64,000 nucleotides of DNA from Trichoplax adhaerens (GCF_000150275.1 NW_002060944.1:6919102-6983101); one strand, 5' to 3'. Counted from the first letter of the stretch, positions 39,141-52,899 are shown. Translations and numbers: made by a program. The notes: generated from the sequence alone by a model not told the origin.

Positions 39141-40185
39141 TCAAATAGATCTTACTCTTCTTTGATCCAGCCAACTATCGATATCAAATAATTCCATGTT
39201 TGCCATTTCTAATTAAAAAGAGTAATATTGTATGTCAGTGATTCCATATTCTTTCGATATCTTTAACAAATTAATTGAAAAATTAAATAAACGTTTATCA
39301 GGATACCTTGTTGCTCTCGATTATTCTGAGGTTTTTGAACATAAATCTCCAATTTCGTATCGTGTTTTCCTATTTTAAGGAAAATCACATCACATTATCA
39401 AAGTTAAATCTTTAATGGGCTCCATGGTCTACATCTAAGTTTGAAATAATTCACTGCTCATGACAGTGTAGCTATCTTGTAGGTATAGATATCATCAAAA
39501 TTTAGCATAACCAACGTAAATCAGAAACATTAAAAAGTTAATCTTATTATAGCATAACGAAGTATCAAGTTTTTATAAGAAATCAATTATAAAATCATTT
39601 ATACCGTATGATTATTATTTTTATTACTGTAAAGTACGCAGTAAGAATTATAATTATTACAATGCGAAGTTAACAGTTTATAGGTGAGTACCTGAATCCA
39701 TTTTATTAACCATTTCCTCAATCTCTTGCCAATCTGTATGAATAAGGCGCGTAGCACAATGAGTGTTTATTTAAAAATTTTATTGACATTGAGGTAGCAT
39801 AATTTCTTATTATACACAATTTAGAATAGAAAAATACATAATAGATGAGTCCATACTCTTCCTTAAATATGCGGCATTCGCTTGTTGATCACTTTTCATT
39901 TCTTGGCTTAATCCTGAAGATGATGTTACGTGAGATTGTGTTCGGCTGCTTGTCATTCTGTAACATTGAGATTGGATTTCATTGCTTAAGATATTCAAAG
40001 TATGATGCAATTCAATTACTATCAATCTACAGTATTAACATGTAGCAGGGAAATACGATATCATTACCGTGGAAATACAGTGAAATTGAAGTATACGTAA
40101 TGATTTGATATGTTTCACCAGATATCAAACTATTGCGTTTGGGTAACTTACTTGTGAGTAGTGTTAGTTATTCCTCCATTTTCAC
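39141..40185 (-). CDS. MCRIP/FAM195 family protein (5' end uncertain; may extend to an ATG at 42648)
   Basis: Phase-compatible exons 40185-40152, 39957-39857, 39733-39692, 39369-39307 and 39208-39141 give ...MTSSRTQ...QQANAAYLRKNWQEIEEMVNKMDSGKHDTKLEIYVQKPQNNREQQEMANMELFDIDSWLDQRRVRSI*. This resembles the FAM195 core (HEENVRFV-EAWQQVE...QYVE-TPN...PIDLDEWW). Confidence 0.7.
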
Positions 40186-41444
40186 CTACTGTTAAAGAAT
40201 AAAAATTACGTATACATGATAAGTATTAATCACAAGATAAATCATTGATAGTAGATCTATGTGAGAACTCCTTGTGAGAGACTATTGTATATCGATTTGA
40301 AAGTTGTTAAATAGTTTATCGTTGCAATATCCCTAAAATTATTAGTTATTAATGAATGCAATAATAGCAAGAGTAAGAACTTCAGTCTTTTAAGTGAAAT
40401 TGATTTGGTAGCCTTTACACATTCCATATCGTAAATATTATTCTAAATTTATACTTTACTCGAAATTAGTATTTTTTAACTAAAGCCTTCCTATCAATTT
40501 GTAAATAATAAATAATCCAAAGACAATACGTGCAGTAATAAAAGACGAACTTACATTAGTACGGTATACTGTACTTAATCATTATATTTCTCAGGTCAAT
40601 ATATCACATAGCAATGCACAATTATACTAAATGCGAATTCAGTAAGTCAACATCGTTATTCCGTCTTATACCAGTCCTGGCTGCATATTAAATAAAATCT
40701 TTATATTGAAATATTGCGTAAATTAATAAAGATAACTGCCTTGGACAATTTTAGGCAGTTTGAATAGGATTAAAAAAATTGATGATGAAATCCATCATTA
40801 TGGTTACTATTACTTCCGGTAAAGCAAACACGGATATTGGTCGTAACTCGTGACTGGTATTGTGTAGACAAATTATGCAGTCTGCAGTTTTTACTCGGAA
40901 AAAATATTGCATTATTTTCTCTGACGGTGTAATTATATCCGTTTATAATGATCACATTTGATTTCAATAAACGTTAGAAAATGGTAGATTATATACTGTA
41001 GGCTGTACATTATTATGTAATCTATGAGCGAAAGATTGATTAAAAGCGATCTGATGTTGCTTTAAACGTAAATACCCGTGCATATAGATACTAAGATCAG
41101 TATCCGTGTTCCAATGTATGTTGGTATATAGGTAGAAATCTCAAGTGAACAACTTATCAGTATACTAACAGTCAATATACATATACAGTACTGTAGAAAG
41201 TGCTGGGACGATAAGTAGCTTTGGCAGTCTACATAGCTTAGCCTAGAACTATCTGTGTATACTTCATCATAGTATACTGCAAGGATAATTCAGCGATTGT
41301 AATTGTATGTTCAAATCAATGAATAGAAGCTATTTTAATCGATAATATCAGAGAGTAGTGAGGAATCAAGTAGTATACTGCTATTCTATTCAATGACGCT
41401 CCTTTCTTGTACCGCATTATGCCTCCATACTAAATCCACGATCG

Positions 41445-42040
41445 GTCAACCCATCTTCTAGTCTCTCCATTTGTGAAGAAAAATACAGTACGAGTAGTAC
41501 ATTGAATAGTATGATTTTTCGACCATCGATAGCCACGTTTAAGTTCGTTATAAAATTCAGCATAAACCGCGGATGAAAGATCTGGATGTGTAAACTCATT
41601 ACGCTTCGATCCAACATTGTCCTAATAATCCATTCAACCATCTTCCAGTCCATTGACTTTCTCTTTGTGAAGCAAACTACAGTACTACAAGCGTTGCATT
41701 GATTCTTTTTTAGTCTTTGATAGCCATATCAAGTCATTATTAGACTTAAAGCACTGTTGTAATAATATAATCCATTCACGCATCTTTCAGTCCACTGACC
41801 CTCTTATTTATGGTGAAAAATAATACAACGAGCATTGCATTGATTAATTATTTTAAGTCTTCGATAGCCATATTGAAGTGGTTGTTAGAGTAAAAGCACC
41901 GCCGCAATAATCTATTCAGTCATCTTTGAGTTCATTGACCCTCTAGTTAATAGTCAAGAAAAATACAGTACTACGAGCATTGCATTGATTATTTTTAGTC
42001 TTCGATAGCCCCTATCAAAGTGATTCTTAGAGTCCAAGTT
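41445..42040. repeat. ~140-200 bp degenerate tandem repeat x4 upstream of (or in a 5' intron of) the MCRIP-like gene
   Basis: Recurring 'aaatacagta...cgagcattgcattgatt..ttttagtcttcgatagcca.at.aagt' at ~41480, 41675, 41820 and 41960. Confidence 0.75.
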
Positions 42041-42975
42041 TATACTCCTATAGAGGATGAATGATCCCTAGGCTACGCAGCAATCATAGGTCGTCGAACA
42101 CTGTCATTATGACGCTAACATCAATTAGACTCCATTTTGAAACTTTCCTAATGTAATCCATTGAATCACTGAGCGAAATTCTTTGGTCAAGTTTATTCAA
42201 TTATTTCTTATGCTGTCAACAACTACTTTCGTCATTTGAGTACGGTCTAGACGATCTACTGTAGGAATTTTGTAGATGCTATTATAGGCCAATTTGGCAA
42301 ATAGACGCGAATTAATTTATTTTTATGACTCCATTTTCTCCGCTGCTATGGCAAGCAAAACTGCCTTAGACTGACACTGTCTATCTATGAATTCGAGTAG
42401 TGTCTGTATCAATAGGAGTATCATCCCTGGTCGTTTGACTGTTGAAATCCTTGGCTAGCCTTTTCTCACAGGCAAAATAAACACTATAATTTGACGACAC
42501 TAAACCTACTGTAGCCTAAATTGTATCCTGCATAGCAATGCGAAGACGTTATTTATAACTTTATCATTAAGTTCATTTCTTCATCTTATTCAACATTACC
42601 TTTACTGTTACCTTTATTATTTCGGGTGGACGAAGATGAACGAGACATGTTGGATTTCTTCTTTCATTAAAACGAAGTGACCGTCATAAACGAAGTTGAC
42701 CGTTTAAGGAGAACGACTTACCGATACTGTCCTATAAGCCAATCAAATGGCGTCCAGATAGGTAGTGACTTGCAAGTACTCTGTCGCATCCAAGCATTCG
42801 ACTACATGTAGACTCAGTCTGCAGCCAATTTCAATACTGTGCTTGTATCACTTTTGGATCATTTTAGCAGTGAAAATATGTATCACAGACGGACAGAATC
42901 GGTCGGCGTACGAGGCCCACGTATCATACGAGGTACGGTACAATGACCAGTATGCAGTTCTGTACTATACTGTAT

Positions 42976-43352
42976 GGCACGGTACAGTACGGTACGGTAC
43001 GGTACGATTTCCACGACTACAGTACAACTCAGTACTGTACAGTAATGTACTGTACAGTCTGTATGTTTGTACACATTCAATACTTGTTGTGCAATATTAA
43101 ACTTGCTACAAATCGATAAAGACACACAAAACGCTGAGACAATGTACAATACTAAATACTGTGAGGCACGGTTCAGTACGGTACGATACGGTACGATTTC
43201 CACGACTACAGTACAACTCAGTACTGTACTGTAATGTACTGTACAGTCTGTATGTTTGTACACATTCAACACTTGTTGTGCAATACTAAACTTGCTACAA
43301 ATCGACAAAAGACGCACAAAGACCAGAGACAATGTACAATACTAAGTACTGT
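42976..43352. repeat. Near-identical ~189 bp tandem duplication rich in GTAC/TACTGTA, immediately upstream of GPS1
   Basis: Copies at 42976-43164 and 43165-43352, each starting ggcacggt.cagtacggtacg.tacggtacgatttccacgactacagtacaactcagtactgtac. Confidence 0.92.
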
Positions 43353-43418
43353 ACTCTCTCAAGTGCAGTTCAGTCACTGCGACACTGCTGATTCAACACC
43401 ATTACTAAACAACTCATC

Positions 43419-46400
43419 ATGGAGGTAAGGCAAAACTTACCAAGGAGAATCTTCTATTTATTAGCCATTAAACTCTTATTTTTACTGCATTTGGATATCG
43501 ACATGATTCAAGGAGAAATAGCATTAGGAAGTGAAGAGAAAAAAATGTTCATGATGGAGTAGTGTAGAGGACAGTAGTTGCCAATGTATTGATCATATTG
43601 GAATATGGATACTGTACTTTTATATTAATTATATGCAGTCGTCGAAGGCTGCGTTGTTAGATTAGCCAAGGACTATGTGAACAAGTCCTTGGATTAGCCT
43701 ACTATATTTCTAGCTAGCAGTTGCTAAATCATGCCTACCATCGTCACAGATGCCTAGGCTTGTATTCAGCCATTCAGTTGTAGTGATTATTCGACAAATA
43801 ATGGAGTGCATAACAGATAGAGTCATGATAAGGGAGAGATGATTGATGTTGTTCATTGGTTGAGCGGGATCGATCAAAATGTTTACCCTTTTACCTACGT
43901 ACTGGATAAACTATGTAAAATGTGCTATCTTGAGACTACTTATATTGCTCTTTTCCAATTGTTTTATATTATTTCTACTATTTTTCTTCATCGATTAGGA
44001 TCCTTACGAGCCTATGCAAGTAGATATACAAGACAATGTAGACGGTGAAAATGAAAAAGAAGCGATCATCTCGGATATTACGGAAATGGTAAACGATTAC
44101 TTACGATATACTGCTAGCTACTGTAGTTCACCATAGTAATACTGACATGCAGTACAGTAATGTTGTATATAGAATGCGATATTAAATCATAAATTTCGGA
44201 CTGTTTGTTGCATTGAAGTCGAGTACTAGTTACCAGCTCGGATACTGATAATACAGTAATGGTACAAAATTGTTGACGTTACACTTCAAGTTGATTTAGA
44301 AACTAATGCTGCCATGGAGTAATATCATACGCGCTTGCACACTGCATAGTATATTGATCAGTGCACCTAAATTGCCGAAATATCGTACCCGAATTATATA
44401 AGACTGTCTGTTGCATTGAGATCTAGAAGTAGTTACCATCTCGGATATTACAATAATGGTACAAAGTGGTTTTGAATGCACAGTCAGTTAGTTAAGAAAT
44501 GGATGCTACCATGTAGTAATATCATGTACAATATTAAATAATTATAATTCCACTGTCAGTTCCACTTGAATGTAGAAGTAGTTACCATCGCGGATATGAC
44601 AGCAATGCATAAGATTGTTTAGGATGGACTGCTAATTAGTTTAGTATACAATGCTGCCATATTGTAATGTTGTGCACAGAATAGCAAGTTGAATTACGAT
44701 TCTTGAGATTATCTATTCCAATGACATTTAAAAGTTGCCATCTCGGATAGAACAGTACTAGTGCAAGATTGCTTAATATATACTAGCTTGATTTAGTAAG
44801 CTAATGCTGCTGTAAATTAATGTCATGCATAGTACTTCTTGGCAAGTTATAATTCTTTAAACTGTCTATTAATTCGTTGCATTGAAATTCATTATAGGAA
44901 TTTGATGCGTTAATTGCCAACTATGAAGGTTCCGCTAAGATATCAAGACTTATTTATGTAGCTGATCATTGTCCACCGTTTAAGTTAGAGGCACTCAGGT
45001 TCTTAACTGCAAGGCAATTTAAAACTGTTTCATTAAAGCAACTACTGTAACTAATCGAAATTCTATATATACGTATGTAATGACTTAGACTTGCTATAAA
45101 TTGCGTAATGGAGACTTCTAATATTAACCTCTACGTTTCATTGGTTGAAAAATTCAATTCATATTGGTATGTTCAAGCTGCAATAAATTGCTAGTTGTTG
45201 TTAGCTGTAGTAGTTATACAGTATAAAACTACCGATATGATACCTCAATCTCAATCATCTCTATACCACCTATAAATGTTATACACTTCATCTTTATTGC
45301 TCACTTTGATATAATGTTGCCTAATAAATCTTGATTTTAGTGCATCAACTAATGCTTCAAAACCAATTGAAATTAATAAAAAATGGCTAGACACAACCAA
45401 AAGATCTGCAGCGATTAAGGTTTGCAACCTTCTTATTTCAATAATAAAATAAACTTTAGTATAATTATGCATAATAGTATGCAAACTGATCACAATTATA
45501 ATTTCCACATAAACCAATATCGTTCTTCTGCATACTCCTTGTTAATAGACTGAAACGTTGGAGAACGATTTGAAAAGCTTTAAAAGTAACTCTATCAAAG
45601 AGAGTATACGGTAAAATAATATTCTCCCGCATCTAACCTCACCTATTATTTGACACTAATGCCGACTCAGTTAAATTTTAATTAAACTGCATTATTTAAT
45701 TTAATTTATTTACATTTGATCAGGAGAGGTTATAATGATCTAGGAGACCATCAACTTTCTTGTGGCGAAATTAGGTGATGAGAGAATGATTTAGCTATTA
45801 TATTTTAGATATTACTAATAACTTTAGTACTAACATGCGTACAGTAAAGTCTTAGGGCTGTGCAATCTACTTTTCTTGAATGTTTACGTTTATTCATATA
45901 ATAAAACTTTCATTTTTATATCCAATTTAATGATATTCTGTAAATCTTGTAGTCTATCCCTGCAAAGTTTTATTAGGGCAAGAGACTACTGTACCTCACC
46001 AAGGCATATCATAAATATGTGCATTAGCGTTATTAAGGTAAGAAATTTTGAAGTTTTACTGCCATAATTATTTCATAATATTGCTAAAATAGAACAACGT
46101 TGAAATCAATTTAAGAGAATATATTCTAATAAGAAGCTAATGATTTTTATATTTAATAAAGAACATTTAAAGTGATCAATCGTAATAATCAATTATTTGT
46201 AGACGAGTATACAGCAAAAAAGTTGGACTAACGTATTAAGTTATGCTAGTAAAGCTGAATCCATACCCGAACTAGAAGACGTAAGTAGCTTAGTTTATTA
46301 TACGGACTAGCAGATTTTGTAGCCCACAGGCATCAATGTTAATATCTGCAAGTGTAATATGAAATTTAATCTCGAATCCTTATTATCACAGATTTGTAAA

Positions 46401-48008
46401 ACTGATCAGTACAAAAATGTTAAAACATTCCTAAACTGTACATCAGGTAAGCTATAGAAAATACAGGTGATAAACATTTCATGCATTTAAAATTTGTATT
46501 ATTCTATATGCACGTATTTACAGGATTGGCTCAGCTTGCGCAAAAACGATATCAAGTAGCTGCACGCCGTTTTCTAGAAGCAAACTATGAAGACTGTAGT
46601 TTTAATGAGGTTAATTGTGAAAAATTTTGTAATATGGTTATTAGGAATACGATACAGTTTCAGTCAATTTAGTAATCGTAATTGTTTGCTCTGTATACTT
46701 CTAATAGATACTTACCGCTAACAATATAGCCATATATGGAGGTATTTGCTCATTAGTCTCTTTCGATAGAAAAGAGCTACATTCGAAGGTCATTTGTAGC
46801 AGGTAAAACGAATGTATTGAATGTATAATCAAAATAAATTGTAACGGCTACATGATTTAGGTGGTATACATAGTACTTAGTACATTATCGTCATTTTATG
46901 TATACTATCATACTGTTTATTAATTGGTTAATAGCTATTTCCTATGTGTTCAATTTACTGTTTCTACGTTCGTGTACAGCTCCTTTAAGTTATTTCTGCA
47001 AGCAGAACCTGTGCTTCGTGATATTATTTCCCAGTTTTACGAAGCTAAATACGCGGCTTGTTTATCCTCTCTAGAGAAATTGAAGGTTAGCACTCTGTAC
47101 CTATTTCACAACTTCAGCTTCAGTTTTTTATTAAAATTTTTAAAAATTATCTATTCTAGAATGGCCTCTTGTTGGATATCTACTTATCGTCGCACATTAA
47201 CACATTATATACCATGATTAGAAATAAAGCTCTTAAACAGGTTTCTAAACTATTAATAAGGGACTTTTATTTTTATACTCATTCCAGTTTATCGTTCACG
47301 TTAACTAAAGTACATGAGATCAATAAATACTCGTATTTCTATGTCAGTATTGTAGTCCATATGTGCTGGCCGACTTACGTCGTATGGCTGTCGCTTTTAA
47401 TACCACTGTTCCAGATTTAGAGAACGAATTGACAGCGCTCATTTTAGATGGATTTATAGATGCTCGGATCGATTCTCATAATAAAGTCTGTTAAATAATT
47501 TTCGAATTCAATTTCTATTACACAATTCTTTCGGATATATTAATTTATTTTACGATCCTTTAAGGTTTTACATGCTCGCGATATCGATCATAGGACATCA
47601 GCTTTCGAAAAAGCTTTATCGGTAGGAAAGGATTATCAAAGAAGAATGAAGGTAAAATACAGTATTGTAATATAAATTCACGATTTCTATAGGACATTGC
47701 AAGTCCATTGTTATTATTAGATTATGGGTCATATAGCTTCTCTATCGTAGTTTTAATAATAACGCTTAAATTAAAATCTCTGTTACACGGAGTTATATAA
47801 TTCACTTACTGCCTTGTTAACATATTGACGAGTATATATCTTTTTTACTAACATTTTAGGCCCTCATGTTGCGATCTATCGTACTTAAAAATAAAATCGT
47901 CGTCAAGGTAATAATCCATATGTCATAAATAGAATTCGAGTACGTATTTCTTATACAACTCATACTTTTTTATAGACATCCTCTGCAGAGAACGAAAATA
48001 ATAATTAA
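43419..48008 (+). CDS. GPS1: COP9 signalosome subunit 1 (multi-exon)
   Basis: Two-codon first exon ATG GAG|gtaagg, then DPYEPMQVD..., [72 protein letters not shown], and the PCI end [21 protein letters not shown]. Stop at 48006-48008. Confidence 0.95.
44067..44897. repeat. Five degenerate copies (149-203 bp period) of an exon-2-tail plus intron unit making up GPS1 intron 2
   Basis: The exon-tail motif ca(t/g)c(t/g)cggata recurs at 44067 (true exon), 44234, 44437, 44586 and 44739. The intron-end motif ctgt...gttgcattga precedes several copies and the true acceptor at 44897. Confidence 0.8.
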
Positions 48009-48959
48009 TACATCCCTAGGGCATTCCCATCGATCTAAAACAACAGTTCAACCTTTGTTAATACAAATATTGGTTATATTCACTTCTACTTTAGGTTTAA
48101 GTTGCATAATAAATAATTTTACAACAGAGCGTGTCTAACCTTCGCTGGATATATAAAATATTTTATAATAATAGCGTTATCAACTGAGCTGATTTGTTGT
48201 AACGTCGAGTATATTACCTGTACAGCGTAATGATCATGATCGGAAAAATAGTGTTCGAGTAAAGTGAGAATCAGTTTTGATTATGTGAATAACGATTTAA
48301 TTGTTGTGAAAATACAAATAAACTGTAACGTTGTGATCAGAGATTCTTGTAGTATTTGCATTGCTTTCAATCGTTGTTGAACCGCGTAACTTGCTGAAGT
48401 TATATGAGTTTTCGACTTGCGATAACTAATGGAAATGTTGACCAGAAACGGCCAATTTATTTAAGTACTTACGACAGAGTAAAGGTAAAAATTATAATTA
48501 AACTTTCCAGTTAATATAAATTTCTTTATTTTTACTGACATACCATACCTGCATCTGATAAAATTTGAAAATTTATAAATAAATTACATATTTTCAAGAA
48601 TATTTCAATCAATCAATTGTTTTAAACCACTGGCTACATACTGTATACTGTGCACTCTCATCACCCATTGACTAGCTATGTAGCGGCCATACTACATAAT
48701 CTAGCTCGTTACTCCTGATTCTAGCCGGAACACGTAGAGTAAATATCAATCGTATATATAATACAAAAATGAGGTCTTGTGCTAATAACATAACACTTAA
48801 AACTTTTCAAAATAATATGACTGTATAATCGAATAATTCTAAGAGAAAATAAAAAATGTTCTGATATCTAGGCTCCTATTTCAGATTTTAGAAAGAGTAT
48901 CAGAGAATATCTACTACTACATTTGAAGTTGATATTTATCTATCGTCTTTTAACTCAAG

Positions 48960-51900
48960 CTAACTTATTACTTGAGTGTAATGTGCTGCATAATTATTTT
49001 CAGTCAATTTTTTCTCTTCTTTTAGCTGCTTAAAAGACGGTAATTTCCCTTCCTTGATAAGTTGTCTGGTTTTAAATATAAAGTCATGACCTAAGGAATG
49101 AAATAAAATATACAATCAGATGTTGATCTTTCTAACAAAGCAATTGCATAATGAAAGTTAACTATAGTAGAATATCACTATACCTTTACAATCGACTACT
49201 TCATTGTATGTCTTGCTCTTGCAACATTTCCTACACATGCCATATTCACAACGTGTACCACTTGGATTGCTGCTGCAGTTGGCACATGGCTTGTATTTAA
49301 ATTCTAAGCATACAAGTATAACAATGACATCCATGTCAGAAAATTTTCAAAGGTGTAACGAAGCTGGAAAATTAATTGGATCCATTAAAGATAATACAAG
49401 CAAGGGTGAATGCATAATGCGGATGTTTGGTAAAATGAAATTGTGTACTATGATACCAGTTCGTTCCCTCTTGCAACCATTGCTTTTAATTTTATTTCCT
49501 TTACGTTTGATTCTGGCTTTTCGCGATGCCTCTATATTTTTTCGAATAACTTCCTCATCTCTTTCCTGCCTTTCGGATGATTTTTTGGATGAATGACTGA
49601 ATTATAGTATGAGGCAGAGAATAATTATTAAGGTATAAACTTGATAAGTAATCACATTTTTCTATCATTAAAGACATTTTCTAACCGAGCGCAATAAAGA
49701 AATCCTCTAATACCTTGGTCTTATGTATGGTTGACAAATCCAATAAGGTAATTTACCTTGGTTAGCAACTGCTGTTTGCTCTTCAGCCTATAAAATTAAA
49801 GAGTGCAGTACTTAACATGGAGCATAAAACTGTTAGCTTTCAATCAGTAAATACTAGATAGCAAGGAATTACTGTAGTCTACGTCAAAAAAGATATGAAC
49901 TTTCACATAGGCAACAAATTTGTAAGTTAGTCAAGGCGTCAGAGTCTTAGCCGAGAACTACCATCTATACAGTACGTACAATTGTACGTTGCTTAAATTC
50001 TGTATTGACTGCTACAAGTGCTTCCAAAGACTTTCCAGTTGCAAGTTTATTTCGGAGATCAAGATGGCGCTGAGTACTGTAAACAAAGTACTTGTATGTT
50101 AAAGTTATGAATACATATATTATTACCAAAAATGACTGCGGCTCTTTTTTGACTAGCGAATTTGCAACGTACGGGTATGTAATTTCAATATGCTAACCCG
50201 TGTATCCAAATTTTAAACAAATGTCCTCTCACACTTGATAAAGTACAGGGAAATTGATGTACTATTTGGAGATACTCTTCAGCAACTTGCCAGCAGGAAA
50301 CTTGTTTACCGGAAAATAAGGCTGGATTGGTTAGTATACCCTCTGTAGTGGATACAATAAGAAGCGTTACAATATCTTGTAGGCCGAATATTGCAATCGT
50401 ATTGATTTTTAAAATACCAGCAGACATAATGCCATCAACACCGGTAGCGGTAAAACATCGCTCCAAATCTTCAAAATACTGGATATTCCCGTTAGCAAAT
50501 ACCGGAATGGATAAGCTATCTCTGCAATAAATAAGATAGCGTTCAAGATTAATTAGTACAGTGACATGAAAAGTGATATGCAAATGTTGCAAAAATACGT
50601 TTTTTGATGTTAATATCTAGGTGTATTTTTAAGCTTGCGTAGCATTTCATTTACTTTATAACTTTAATAAAGTTCCAATCAGCTAATCCAGTTAATTCCT
50701 TTTTCTGTTCTCTAGTTCTTCCATGGACAGTGAGTAACTAGACGAACGTTGACATAAACAATCACGAATCAAACTAGTATTTTTACCATAAAATTTTAAA
50801 GAGATATTATTCGTTCATCTCAACTTGAAAAAGTCCCATTTTGTAACGTTTGTCCTACTAAAAAACATTTACCAAGTTTCTATCCTAGTATAATTACCTG
50901 ACACCCGGCTTTTTCTAGCAATTGAGCGTATTTGACTGTCTTGTCCAAGTCATTAAAAATCCGAATTTTACATGTCACAGGAATTTTCAAATTCTGATGA
51001 AGATGAGATACTAAAATAACAAAGGTAACAGATAGATGATATTATTAACATAGTCTACATGTATAAACTGACACGATGTTTCACAGCTCGGTTAGTTATT
51101 CACTTTCTCGAAAATTGTTTAGTATTCGTCATTACAGCGATTCTTACCAATTTTTTCCAACAATTTCCAATCATCCTGTAAGAAGGCACCATAATGACCT
51201 ACCCGTATACGATATGGTCGAAAAGAGTTATCTGCTGATAGGTTATTGCTAATTGCAAGAATTTATTTTATATTATTATACCTCGCTTTGCAATAGCTTG
51301 CGGGCATCCAAGATTTAAATCGACTGCGTCACAATGTGGCTCTACAATTTTAGCCGCTTTTAGTAAGGTATCTGGATCGTTACCGCAAAACTGCAATGAA
51401 AGATATTATTCTAAGTGTTTGATTTTAGATATGGTAGGTCTTTATTGATAGCGCACTCTACCGTCCGTTGTATTATGCAAGTGATCTACATACACCACAG
51501 TAAGAATGGCTAGTAAAATACAACATTACAGTTTCTAGCTTATTAAACGTAAGTAAGTTACACACGTATGGCATGTAGGTAGCACAGTAGTACGTTAAAA
51601 TTGATGATTATCACGGTCATTTAACTTCTACTATCCTATTTAACGGTATCGTCTATCGTCGTTTACGTATTGGATATATCATCAACCTGTACAATTAATG
51701 GTCGATCTTCCGGACAAGTCTTAAAGTTTTCTCTCCTATAGGTCGCATCACGAATAAACACTGCAGAGTGTAGCATTGGAGTATAGCATAATTGCGCTCC
51801 ATAACGACGACACAATAAGCGCCAGGCCTAATTCATCACAACATGTCACTTAGTTAAAACTCTGCAATAAAGTTATTGATCATGCCTATTTTATCATGGT

Positions 51901-52099
51901 TATACATGCAATTCAGTGGACAACAATATAATCAGCACAAACGAATAATGCATGTTTGACAGCTTGTTCAGCACACACTATCAGTCATCTATCTTACCAA
52001 TTCCGATTGATCCACCATAGGTGCCACTACATATTTAGCTTGCTGTAGAGCTTCTCTCCAAAATTTCATTCCACTCGATTGACTTTGGCTAAGCGACAT
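48960..52099 (-). CDS. DUS1L: tRNA-dihydrouridine(16/17) synthase-like (multi-exon)
   Basis: [11 protein letters not shown]|[26 protein letters not shown]|[19 protein letters not shown]|[37 protein letters not shown], and a Cys-rich C-terminal region ([18 protein letters not shown]...DCKGH). Confidence 0.95.
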
Positions 52100-52899
52100 T
52101 TTTATCCAATATTTTCTATGCTAAGGATTCAATATTACAGTATCTTCTGGTCACGTTATTCAACTTGAATGCTGATAGAACTGAATACAAACTTGTTATA
52201 AATTTTGGCATTAGATAGAAGTTGAATTCGCAGTAATGGCTAAGTCGATGGATAACCTATGCCATAGTTTCCAATCCTTGATGAGAAGGCAGCAACAGAC
52301 TGATCTCGATTTTACTGTACGTCTGCAGAACCTTTGAACAGGAACAGAATTGAAAGTGACTGCATTGACGTAGAAATTGAATACGCTTTACTATCAACGC
52401 GTACGCTTACCTTAGTAGGCCAATAGACTATAAGTACAGTACAGATTGTCTTTCTGTCTGTTACATCAAAAGTTGAAAGTGGCCGCCATAAACTTGAGCG
52501 ATCTATATACAGTATAGGGGTTTTTGGAGCTTCTACGATGAAGTAATACACTTGCTATAGTAGTGCTACTGTGCAGTAAGTAGTGTGCGAGATGCATGTA
52601 TTCAAAAATATCATATGTACTTCTCTCAAACATAAAAAAAAGCCCTAGAGGCTAGGGCTGTAGCAGAGACTTTTCACATTTTCGAAGTCGCAGACTGAAG
52701 GGACCGCCAGAGACTGTATCCGCAAGCAGAAATTTTGATAAGCTTTACTATGAAGTGGTGCTCTTGTCCTAGTAGCGTTACTGTACAACGTATGCAGTTC
52801 GTTGTGTGCAAAATGAGCTGTCACACAACTGAGTTTCGTTCTTATTCGATAGCCAGAAAGAAGGTGACATCATTTTCACTTACCATGGTGTAGATGAAC

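Noticed and set aside
39209-39306. Possible U12-type intron in the MCRIP-like gene (donor GTATCCTG)
   Set aside because: The donor misses the GTATCCTT consensus, there is no TCCTTAAC branch site, and a U2-like CACTGAC branch is present.
42976-43352. CRISPR-like repeat array (also considered for the 41.4-42.0 kb and 44.1-44.9 kb repeats)
   Set aside because: Whole units are duplicated with no unique spacers, the context is eukaryotic and there are no cas genes.
42765-43428. ORFs of 111, 149 and 64 aa in the ORF track
   Set aside because: They arise from the stop-poor GTAC-rich tandem duplication and have repetitive, non-protein-like translations.
49204-49596. 130-aa plus-strand ORF
   Set aside because: It is the antisense shadow of DUS1L coding exons.
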